From the NCBI GenBank assembly GCA_950097015.1, contig CATNEN010000034.1, positions 6,076,001 through 6,140,000 of the forward strand: DNA of 64,000 bases, read 5' to 3'. This stretch comes from Macrostomum hystrix (taxonomy: Eukaryota > Animalia > Platyhelminthes). Shown one piece after another: positions 12,715 through 24,700 of the stretch; position 1 is the first letter of the stretch; each line of letters starts with the position of its first letter. Both the position numbers and the translations under genes were made by a program. The notes beneath the pieces are model-generated. The model searched no databases and was not told the origin of the DNA. It saw only the letters and a program-made list of their open reading frames with translations.

Positions 12715-15700
12715 ATGGCGCTCGAGAGAGCAAGGGTAAGACGTCTAACACTTTTAAAGTTTTACTGGCAAAACTTATTAATTTAAATTTGTGTTGTAAA
12801 AAATTATTCTGTAAGTCTCGAATTAAAACCCATTCTCAAACCCTACTCAAACCAGATGCTGGAGACGCCAACCTTCAGCACGGGCTTCTCCCGCGGCCTC
12901 CCCACCCTGCGGCCGCTGCCCCAATCCGAGGAAGGTGGCGCGGCGGCCCCCTCCGCTCTGTACGAAATCGTCACAAGAAACAGTCTGCATCCGCCACTGA
13001 TGAACCAGTTCAGCATGACTCGCGCAGCGCCATTCAAGGAGCAGAAGCACGCCCGCACTCCGAGCGAGTCGATTGGCAATAACTATTCGCCCGGCGCGCG
13101 CCACTTGAAGATCAAGAAGCTGCCTCGATCGCGCAGCAACCCGCCAGCGGCGACCAGCAGCAGCCAGGAGTTCCCAGCGGCCAAGCGTCGCAGGCCGCAG
13201 GCGGCCGCGGAGGACGAAGAAGCCTGGGTTGATTCCGCCCGGGCTGTAGGCGCTGCCGGAGTCGCAGCTTCATTAGTTGAAGCTCCAGTAAGCCGGCCGA
13301 TGTCCCCGATGGAGCAGCTGGATGTGATTCGCACCATCGAGGAGGAGGCCGCCAAGCTCGGTGGCGAGCCCAGTGACAGGGACATGGAGCGCTACGAATA
13401 TTATGTAGAGCGGGGCCTGCGGTCCGACATGATTGCCCCGCTGGATGATGGCCAGAGACAGCGGATTGTGTCCCTCATACCAGATAATTTGCTGGCGGCG
13501 CACAGGACATGCTTCGAGGTAATTTAGCTACTATTGTCGATAGAGAAAGCGTGCATGAATTTTTCAATTTGTTTTTCTTATTCAGCGGGGCAGGACTGGT
13601 TCATTGCTGTCAAAATTCATTTACACATCCGAACAGGAGCTGGCTAATGAAACAGACGCCGATCACGAACTGGCGATGCGCAAGGGCATCTTGGACTACA
13701 TCCTGGTGGACGGTCAGGAGCGCCAGCGCCTCTTCATTGAGCACACTCCGCAGCCCTATCCGCAGCGAGTGATCCGGGCCCCGGTGCCCTGGCACTCTGG
13801 CTACCGGCGCGCCAAGGAGCAGCAGGAGCGGCACCTGTTCACCACCAATCCCATCATGCTCGAGCTGCAGCGCATCTGGTTTGACGATTTTGCAACTCTG
13901 CGCTTCATCGACACTCGAGAGCTGGACGCCTGCGAGCTGCCGCTGCTGCCGCGCGAGTTCGAAGAGAAAGTGCAGAACCTTTGCGCCAAGACGCACGAGG
14001 TGCTGAAGACCCGCTGGCTGCCCAGGTGTGCCAAGGCTTTTCAGGATCTGCACGACCAGTGGAAGCACCTGCTGCCCCAGAAGGAGGCCGACTCCACGGC
14101 GCTGGTGCAGTCGTTTTTCTCCTGCGTTGCCGCCCTGATGTCGGCTCAGCTGCGCTCGCTGGTTGTGAACTCAATTGAAGACTTTGTCGCCTTCCTCGAG
14201 CGCTACAGTGTGAGTAGCACAAAATACCCACATTTTTTCCTTTATTCAACCAATATTCAACCAGTCGCCATGAAAATCCAGAACACAAACGAAAATTTTC
14301 CGCTCTATTCGATGAGACAACTTCCAGAAACAGAAAAAGTCGGCGTGGTCGAGATATTCAACGATTCTCGTCGGGGTGTCTGGTTGCAAAAATAAACAAA
14401 TTTAGGCGAAATCACTAATTGTCATCATGTAATCATGTCGGCTACCATTGTTGACTATTTTGGATTGGTTAAATAGTTAATTTTTCCGTTTTTTAACCAA
14501 TATGGATTCGCAGAGGTCACCTGGGACTCCGACAGAAATTGCTGAATATCTCGACGATGCTGACTCGGACGCCTTTTGAAAATTAGCTCATCGTAAAGGG
14601 CAGAAAATTCAGTTTTACACTTGTACATGGTTGACTTTGACTAAAATCGGTCATTCGGTTTGAGAGCTATCATGAATTAGGTAGTGAGTTTTTTTACTAC
14701 CCCCGTGGTATTTCCTCAGGGGAAAACTGTGTGGTCTCTCTACTGTTAAAAGACGAGAAGGTTTTTCTTGCCTTTCTTGCCTCAAAGACGTTGTTTAAGC
14801 AATCGCATTTTACAAACCTCAACAAACCGCTACAGGAGGGAAACGACTTCGGAGAAAAATTCGACGATCTTCGCTACGTGAAGACATCGATTCTGATTTT
14901 GAAGCTGCGAACCGAGGAGCCGAAGATAATATTCGATCCTGCGTTCAAGGAAATCAAGGATTTGCTGATCCGCTGCATCGGCACCGTCATCGGGGCTTCA
15001 GAGAATCTGCCTCGGGTGAGGGTCTCGCATTTCATTGTCCGAAAACGCTCTCTCTTCCGTCGCCACGGGGTGTCCCATTTCACCATTATTAACACACTTT
15101 TCTCGGATCTATTTTTTGTGTCGATGAGTCGGGATCTCGATGAGTCGGGATCTCGGTGAGTCCGGATCTCGGTGAGTCGGGATCTCGATGAGTCGGGATC
15201 TCGGTGAGTCGGGATCTCGATGAGTCAAGACGCACCCATTGTGGCTTCCACTGCAGGTTGAGGTTCGCCTATTTCCGGAACTGGTGGGCCAGAAGCTGAT
15301 GCTGCGAACGGTGCTGACCAACGAGCAGCTGGTGCATGAGTTCACAGACCGAGCGATGCAGGCCTTCACAGACAACACCAAAGGTCCTCAGAAGTACCTG
15401 TTCGAGTACAAAGCCTATGGCGACCTAATCAACGGCAAGGGTGAAGCGGATGTGCAGAACTTTCTCAAGGAGCGGCACAGCATTCTGTCGCTGAAGAAGG
15501 TATGAATATTGATGGCGCAACATTAATGTAGATTTTTATAGCAATACTTATAATAGAAGTTAATATTATCATTTTAGAGCTTGTTTATACACTTAAATCC
15601 TGAATTGAAAAAGGGCTGATTATGTATGGTCGCATACTCCTCAAATAAAATTAACTGATTATACATTTTTTCTGCTCAGTAAAATAGCAACTAAAAGCTG

Positions 15701-18700
15701 ATAAAATTTGCTCATATTTAGTCCATATACGAGTGACTCCAGAGTGACTTCATGCCACTGGTTGTGGAACTTGGTAAAAGGTTTTTCTACACTTTGATCA
15801 AATCCAAATTTCGTCACCATGAATACTAAATTGTGAATCTTTTTGATGCTATTACTGCTACAAATGGTCGTCACGTTTTGTCTTAGCTTAATAATGAACA
15901 CAAAGGTCCACAAAAACTGTTGTGCAATAGTATCACAGAGGCATCACTCACTGCCAAATTAGGTTTTTTCGACATTCGGCACAATACGCGCGTAGAATTG
16001 TGAAAAAATCTATGGTTTACATTGAAAATAGGCTTCACGAGCTTTCTCCATATTGAGGGTCTATGCATATATGACTACTAGTAGTAGCTTTATGGGGTCT
16101 TTGCGCAATGCGTTCAATACTAGTATACCTTTTGTGGTATACAAAAAAGGTATATCCACGCTGCTAATTTCGACTTGCTTAATTAATTATCTTGCTTGTT
16201 GTATGCGATTAACAAATAAGAAAAGCACCTGGACTCAAATGTTAAAACCAACACATCTCGTACACTGTGTATGGAAAAAAATTTCTGATACCTTCATTTC
16301 GAAAGTGCGAGCCAATTAAAAACTAGAGCCCATAAGCTGTCCTGCATTTATCTCCGCTTTTCTTAGTTGCAGCATAACGTTTTTATTTGACCAACATTTT
16401 TAAACAAGTGGCACGCATTGAAACAGCTTAGAATTTTTGCACCACGGGTTGATTTCCTAGAAAACGCCAAGACCGTTCACTGACAAGCAGCTGGACCTGT
16501 TCGAAGGCAGCGAGGCGGCCGCGCACAAGGTATCATTGATTAAGCTAGCGATGGCCAGCATCGGTAGCATCGGTAGACTGTGAAATTTCTAGCTGCGCAC
16601 GTAATATTCTTCATTGTTAGAAACCTTGAATCTGTGTCTTAGACAAATTATCGTGTGCCTCCTTGACTCGAAGGCAAGTCTTCGTTTGATTCAAAATCTG
16701 TTTCAATCTTTGTCTTGGTCAGGTTACATTCATCAACAAAATATGGACATCTCTCATTTTGTGTGCGATCTCGCACAGTTCTTTGATTCATTGATGTATG
16801 GCAAGACTTCCATTTGTCATCTACGTCGCTAGACATTGTTGGAACGGTCAAAGTTTTAACACTGGAGAAGCATTTTTTGGGATGTGTTCATCATTGATCT
16901 GGCTTCAGTCAATTTGGCACACTTGCAGCCTTAGCTGTGTTTCAGTAAATTTACTGATTCAAAATAATATTCTGTATAAAATTTCACGAATAACTTTACC
17001 TGATCTTGCATGCCTTGACTAATAACAAATTGAAGTGAAGTTCAAGCCTGTTTAGTTTGCATCTTTACGCACCTGAACAGGTGCCTATTTAGAGTCTATG
17101 GTTTATTTGTTTCTACTTTTTCGTTGAAAATGACGACCGGTTGTCAGAAATTGTATCAAAGTATCTTTATTCACAAATTAGTGTAAGATTCAGTTCAATA
17201 TAACTGTGTTAGCACTTCATTAGTAGCCATTGTGACAAAGCTTTGCATACCTTCCGCCGTATCTGTGATTGTTAGGTTTCCGAAATGACATATTTCCGTA
17301 TTTTTCACAAAATGGTTATCAGTATATCTACTACTTCAAAGTAGAGTTGTAGAATCTATTCTTAGTCTGTTAATTTTCACATGTGCTCAATAAGATTTCA
17401 CGTGTAACATATTTGGTGTTGTTTGTATTTAATGGAATCGTTACATATCTATAATTCATCATTCCGATCAAGTGATTAATAATAACCGTTTCCACCACCA
17501 ACAAAAATCAGAAAATCGACGACTACCAACAGCTGAAGTCGGAGGTGGCCGTCATGCGCATCACGGTCAGCTTGAACATGTTCACTCTGGACTGCGTGCA
17601 GCTCAACCAGGACCTGTGCGCCAGAGCCCAGCGACTGCGCGATCAGCTAGTCCAATTCGAGGTGGACGAGAATCGTGAGCAGAATCGCAGGTGAGCTGTC
17701 GGAGGCTGTTAGAAAACGCATCAGCAGTCCTCAACTGACTTTACTCCAAGTACGGACTGTACTTTGCCCCTTTGAGAACTAGCTTGTACTCTGAGCTCCG
17801 CCAACGAACGCGGTATCAAAATGCCGAGGGATAACGCAAATCTAAAAATCAAGTGACTTATAAACGTAACGCCTAGTAAATTTTTCCATCAATACATTGT
17901 TTTCTCATCAACACCTACCTGTGCAGCACCTGTCGAAAGTACGATGAAATTAGCGAAGAGGTCCGGTCGACCCCGGAGACCACAGCCGAGCTGGTTCGCC
18001 TGCAGCAGTTCCTAACAGAAAGCAGTGAGGTCACAGTCTATAAGCTCAAGGAGGAGATTAACGAGGCCGCTGCCAGGCTCATGTTCCTGCTAGATTATGC
18101 CATCATGTCAAGTAAGAGCATGAAGGCTGGGATAAATCAATACCTGGTCAAGGATTTAGTTACGGAATTACTAATGCTAATCTCATTGTATATTTTAGCC
18201 GAGGATCTGAAGGTGAACAGCACGCTGTTCCTGGCGCCGGCGAACATCACGACCGTGTTTGAAATGGCCACCGGTCGGCTGCAGACCCGTCGCGAAGCAG
18301 CCGAGGAGGACCTAAAAAAGCGTGTCGCCGCATTCGGCGACAAAATCGACGGCTATTACAAAGAGATCGAAGGCTTCAAGAAGAAGGAGGTCATGCTGCC
18401 GGACGAGATGGCCAAGAATGTCGAGCAGCTGGCAAGGCTGGATGTTGATCTCGAGAGCGCCCGCGAAGAGCTGGACGGCCTGAACGACGAAGAGAAGCTG
18501 CTAGAGTGGGAGCCGACCTCGTTCCCAACTCTGCGCACAATGTTCCAGATGAAGCAGCCGTACGACACCCTGTGGAGGACCGCTCAGCAGATTCATATAA
18601 AGAGCGAAGAGTGGCAGAAGGCAGATTTCACCACACTGAGCTTCGAGGAAATCACCAACGAGCTGAGCAACATGTTCTCCTCGGCTACGAAGCTGATGAA

Positions 18701-21700
18701 AGTGTTTAGCGATACGCCGGGCCCGCAGATGGTGGCCAACAAGGTGCGCCGCAATGTGGAGAAATTCCGTCAGCATCTTCCAGTGATTGAGATTGTCTGC
18801 TCACCCGGCCTGCGCAAGCGACACTGGGAGCAAATGTCCGACATTGTGGGCTTCGACCTTAGCCCGCCAGAGGGTGAGGAGACTCCACTGTCGACCTTCC
18901 TGGACTACGATCTCAAGGACAACCTGGATAAACTGCTCGAGATCAGCAGCGGTGCCCAGAAGGAGCACACTCTGGAAAGCAATCTGAAGAAGATGAAGGG
19001 AGAGTGGAACGATCTCAAGTTCACTCTAATCGACTACCGCGACACTGGCGTGTCGATCTTGTCTTCCGTCGATGAGATCCAGCTGCTGCTGGATGACCAC
19101 ATCATGAAGGCGCAAACAATGCGCGGCTCGCCTTACATCAAGCCGTTCGAAGAGGAAATGCGTCATTGGGAGGAGAAGCTCATCTCTATGCAAGACATTC
19201 TGGATGTGTGGCTTAAGGTGCAGGCTACCTGGCTCTACCTGGAGCCTATTTTCAGCTCGGAGGATATTCTGGCCCAGATGCCGGAAGAGGGACGCAGGTT
19301 CGGAATCGTGGACACCACCTGGAAGGAGATCATGAGCGCCGCAGTTGAGGACCCGCGTTGCCTGACTGCCACGGATCAAAAGGATATGCTGAAGAGACTC
19401 ACGGACTCGCACGAGCTGCTCGAACTAATTCAGAAGGGTCTCAACGAGTACCTGGAGAAGAAGCGGCTCTACTTCCCGCGTTTCTTCTTCCTGTCGAACG
19501 ATGAGCTGCTCGAGATTCTGTCCGAGACAAAAGATCCGACCAGGGTGCAGCCTCACCTGAAGAAGTGTTTCGAAGGTATCAGCCGTCTGGAATTCACAGA
19601 GCAGCAGGAGATTGTAGGCATGGTGTCAGCCGAAGGTGAGAGCGTTCCGTTTGTGACGAAAATTCAGCCCCACAAGGCCAAGGGAATGGTGGAGAAGTGG
19701 TTGCTGCAGGTCGAAGACGTCATGATCAACTCCGTGCGCAAGATCATAATCGAGTCGCTCATGGCCTATCCCAGTGACCAGAACCTCAAGCCGAAGAACA
19801 TGCAGCCGCGAAGGCAGTGGGTGCTGGACTGGCCCGGTCAGGTAGTGCTCTGCGTTTCCTCCATTTACTGGACATCCGAGGTGGTTGAGGCGATGAAGTC
19901 CCCTGGCGGCCTCGGAGAGTACCTGAAGAAGTGCAACTCACAGATAGAAGAAATCGTACAGCTTGTGCGCGGCAAGCTAGCTAGTGGAGAGCGCATCACC
20001 CTCGGCGCCCTCACTGTCATTGACGTACACGCCAGGGACGTTGTGAAGGAACTCACTGACAAGGGTGTGTCTTCGCCCAACGACTTCCTGTGGCTGAGTC
20101 AGCTGCGCTACACTTTCAATGGCAGCGACGTAAAAGTCTGTCAAATTACTACTGAACTTTGCTACGGCTACTGAGTACTTGGGAAACACCCCTCGGCTGG
20201 TCATCACTCCGCTGACTGACCGATGCTACCGGACTCTGATGAGCGCGCTGAAACTCAACCTCGGTGGAGCACCCGAAGGCCCGGCCGGAACAGGCAAGAC
20301 AGAGACAAGCAAAGACTTGGCAAAGGCTGTTGCCAAGCAGTGCGTGGTTTTCAATTGCTCCGACGGTCTGGACTACAAGGCCATGGGCAAATTTTTCAAG
20401 GGTCTCGCGCAGGCCGGCGCTTGGGCCTGCTTCGACGAGTTCAATCGCATCGAACTGGAGGTGCTGTCTGTTGTTGCTCAACAGATCCACTGCATCCAAG
20501 TTGCCATTGGTCAGGGACTCAAACGATTCGTGTTCGAGGGAACTGAGCTCAGCCTCAACCCGACCTGCACCATGTTCATCACAATGAACCCCGGCTACGC
20601 GGGACGTCAAGAGCTACCAGACAACTTGAAGGTTCTGTTCCGCTCAGTGGCTATGATGGTGCCAGACTATGGTCTGATCGGAGAAATCTCCCTTTACTCC
20701 ATGGGCTTTGTGGACGCCAGGGCGCTGTCCAGCAAGATCGTGGCCACCTACAAGCTGTGCAGTGAGCAGCTCTCGTCACAGCATCACTACGATTACGGTA
20801 TGCGAGCCGTTAAGTCTGTCCTCACTGCTGCTGGAAATCTGCGACAGAAACTACCAGACGAAGAAGAGGCCGTGCTGCTCCTGAAGGCCATTAACGATGT
20901 CAATCTGCCCAAGTTCCTGGCGCAAGACATCCCTCTGTTTGAGGGCATCATCAGCGATCTGTTTCCTGGAGTCGAGATCGCGAAGCCGGACTATTCCGTT
21001 TTCTTTGACGCTATCAAGGACAACCTGGCGAAGCGGAAGCTTCAACCAGTTCCATGGTTCCTAGAGAAGATTTTGCAGGTGTATGAGATGATCCTAGTCC
21101 GACACGGACTCATGATCGTGGGCGAGACTTTGGGAGGAAAGACTCAGGGCTACCAAGCTCTGGCCGACGCACTGTCCGACCTGAACAGTGCCAACCTCAT
21201 GGAAGAGTTCAAGGTTATCTACCGCATCATCAACCCCAAAGCCATAACTATGGGCCAGCTGTACGGCCAGTTCGATCCCGTGAGCCACGAATGGACAGAC
21301 GGTGTCTTGGCGACCACTTTCCGCGAGTTCGCAGTCGCGCAGAATGATCATCGTCACTGGATCCTGTTCGATGGACCAGTCGACGCGGTGTGGATCGAAA
21401 ACATGAACACTGTGCTCGATGATAATAAGAAGCTCTGCCTGATGAGCGGCGAGATTATCCAGATGTCCAACAAAATGAACTTGATCTTTGAGCCGGCTGA
21501 TCTTGAGCAAGCCAGTCCGGCCACCGTGTCACGCTGTGGCATGATCTACCTGGAGCCGTCACAGCTCGGCTGGCGACCCTCGATGCAGTCGTACATGCAG
21601 CACGAACTGCCGAAGAATCTGACAGACGAGCACCGCGAGCTCATCACTGACTTGTTCGAATGGCTGGTGGATCCCTGTCTGACCTTCATTAGACAGAACT

Positions 21701-24700
21701 GTCGCCTGCTGATCCGCCTGAGTGACATTCACCTGGTTCAGTCGTTTATGCGCCTCTACTCATGCTTACTGGATGAGATTAGGGCCAACGCCAAGGATGG
21801 CAGCGAGCAAATGGAAGAGGGAGCAGAGGTGCCCACAGATGGAATCAGCGCGGGTGAGCTCACAGAGACCCAGGTATTCCAGTGGCTTCAGGGAATCTTC
21901 CTGTTCGCCTTTGTTTGGAGCGTCGGAGCTCATCTCAGCGGCGATGGACGCAAGAAGTTCGACCAGTTCTTCCGTAACCTCATAAACGGCACCAATGCCG
22001 ACTTCCCCAAGCCGAAGTCGTGCAAACTGACCAAGAGCAACATCTTCCCAGACCGCGGAACAATCTACGACTTCTGCTTTGAGAAGAAGGCTAGCGGTGT
22101 CTGGATCGACTGGATGGACATCATCGACCGGAGCCTGCTTAGCATTCCCAAGGAGGCGAAAATCTCCGAAGTTGTGGTGCAGACGGCGGACACAGCACGC
22201 CAGACGTTCTTCCTGCGCACCTTCATGGGCCACGGCGTGCCCTGCATGTTCGTCGGACCCACCGGCACTGGCAAGTCGGCCATTTGCAACTCCTACATTG
22301 TTGGCCTGCCCAAAGAGAAGTACATCCCAAATCTTATCAACTTCTCGGCAAGGACCTCGGCCAATCAGACGCAGGACATTGTCATGTCTAAGCTGGACAG
22401 GCGCCGCAAAGGAGTCTACGGACCTCCAATGGGCAAGAAGTGCGTCCTATTCGTTGACGATCTGAATATGCCTGCCAAGGAGAAGTACGGCGCCCAGCCG
22501 CCAATCGAGCTGCTCCGCCAGTGGATCGACCACGGCCACTGGTTTGACCGGAAGGACACGAGCGCTTTCAAGCTGCAGGACGTCCTGTTCATCACGGCCA
22601 TGGGCCCGCCTGGCGGCGGCCGCTCGGACATTACGAGTCGATTCACGCGTCACATGAACGTCGTTGGCATTGACGAGTTCGACGACGCTACAATGAGCCG
22701 CATCTTCACAACAATTTCCGACTGGCACTTTGCAAAGGGCTTCGAAGGCGGCTTCCTAAGACTGGGCAAGCTCATGGTGAGCGCCACTCTGCAGGTCTAC
22801 AAGGAAGCCATGGCCAGCTTCCTCCCTACTCCCACCAAGTCTCACTACGTGTTCAACCTGCGCGACTTTGCCCGCGTTGTGAGAGGCGTGCTGCTGGTTC
22901 CCTCATCCCACATGACCGAGGAGGCTAAGCTCATGCGCCTCTGGGTGCACGAGGTCTACCGAGTGTTCTACGATCGACTGATTGATCCGGAGGACCGCGT
23001 GAAGTTCTTTGACATCGTCAAGCAGACCTGCAGTGACGCTTTCCGCATGAATGTAGAGAAGATCCTGGGCCATCTGACACTCAGTGGCAAGGTTCAAGAT
23101 GAAGACGTTCGCGCACTAATTTTTGGTGACTACATGAGCGACTCGCGTGTCTATGACGAGGTGACGGACCTCAAGGCACTGACGCTGCGCATGGAGGACC
23201 TGCTTGGCGAGTATAACGAGGTCAGCCGCACCCCGATGCGCCTTGTGATGTTCCAGTTCGCCATTGAGCACATTTCCCGCGTCTGTCGCGTGCTCAAGCA
23301 GGACAACGGCCACGCCCTCCTAGTTGGCGTCGGCGGCAGCGGTCGTCAGAGCGCCGCCAAGCTGGCGACGTCCATCTCAGACTACGCTATCTTCCAGATT
23401 GAGATCTCAAAGAACTACGGCGCAAATGAATGGCGAGATGATCTCAAAAAGGTGCACAAACCGCAAAAACGCAATCCTGCCATTACTAGCATGTCAATGT
23501 TTACCGCTTTCATTTTCCAATTCTTTCCAATTATTTAACTTACAGCTAATGCGAGCCGCCGGATGCGACGCCAAGCCAACGGTGTTCCTTTTCTCCGACA
23601 ACCAGATCAAGCAGGAGTCCTTCATGGAGGACATCAGCATGCTGCTGAACACTGGCGATGTGCCGAACCTCTATCCGTCGGATGAGAAGGCCGAAATTAT
23701 TGAGAAAATGCAGCAGGCTGCTCGACAGGAGGTGAGAGTGTAGCGAAGTTTTTATGAAAACGTTAATTTAGTTTTGTTCTTTTTTCAGACAAAAAAATAA
23801 AAAAATGTTTATTACTTTTTTGTTATAGGAGCGAGATACGGTAAGTGCCGTATGTGGTAGCTTCGTGCTAGAATATTTTGTTACCCTGTAATCTTAGAAT
23901 GCGCTTAAAGTGCATTTTATGTGATTGACTTTGTGCTAATTTTGTGTTGCTACCTAACTAATGATAAGTTCCTGCTATAAGCTGCGACTTGTAGACGATT
24001 GATTCGTCAAATTAACTAACCAAAATAAGCGGCTTTGTTTGTGAAAATTTCAGAAATTTGGTTTGTCTGTTGTGTCAGATTTATATGAAAGGCACCTCTC
24101 GCAATCAATGAGTTGTTGCACTAATCTCTCTCGTACCGACACATGAGGATGGGGATCTGACAACAAGTTAGTTTAACAAATACCATTTTGTTTATACCTG
24201 TACTAAAATCACTAGTAAAAACCTTAATTTGGGGTCCGAGTAATGTGAAATATTGTGGTCGATTTGATTTTAACGCCCCTGCATAGACCTTTGCGTTTGA
24301 TTTTAACGGACAGCACACTAATCAGTGTTTTGATTTACGCACAATAAACTCATCATTGATCTTTAAAAATGGGACACAGATATTATCTAAGTTTTACTCA
24401 TGTCGGATTCCAGGGCCGTAAAATTGAAGCCACACCGCTGGCCATGTACAACTACTTCATCGAGAGGGTCCGACAGAATCTGCACATAGTGCTCACAATG
24501 AGTCCAATCGGAGACGCGTTCAGAAACCGGCTGAGAATGTTCCCGTCCCTCATCAACTGCTGCACTATTGACTGGTTCCAGGTGAGACACTGAATGTCCA
24601 TATGAGCCTGCACGGACTAATAAACTCCTATAACTTTTTTCGCACCACCCTTGAACAGGCCTGGCCTGAGGATGCCCTGGAGATGGTGGCCAACAAGTTC

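Noticed and set aside
13586-13636. Upstream acceptor at 13585 (in-frame [17 protein letters not shown] extension)
   Set aside because: The acceptor at 13636 gives a gap-free alignment to DNAH3 as recalled. The upstream site cannot be excluded as a minor isoform.
15898-16106. Possible MITE with cacaaaggtcc / ggggtctttgcgc ends
   Set aside because: The inverted match is short and imperfect, and no TSD was found.
20236-20256. CTGATGAGCGCGCTGAAAC hammerhead-like core
   Set aside because: It lies in conserved dynein coding sequence (TLMSALKL) and has no stem I/III pairing. It is coincidental.
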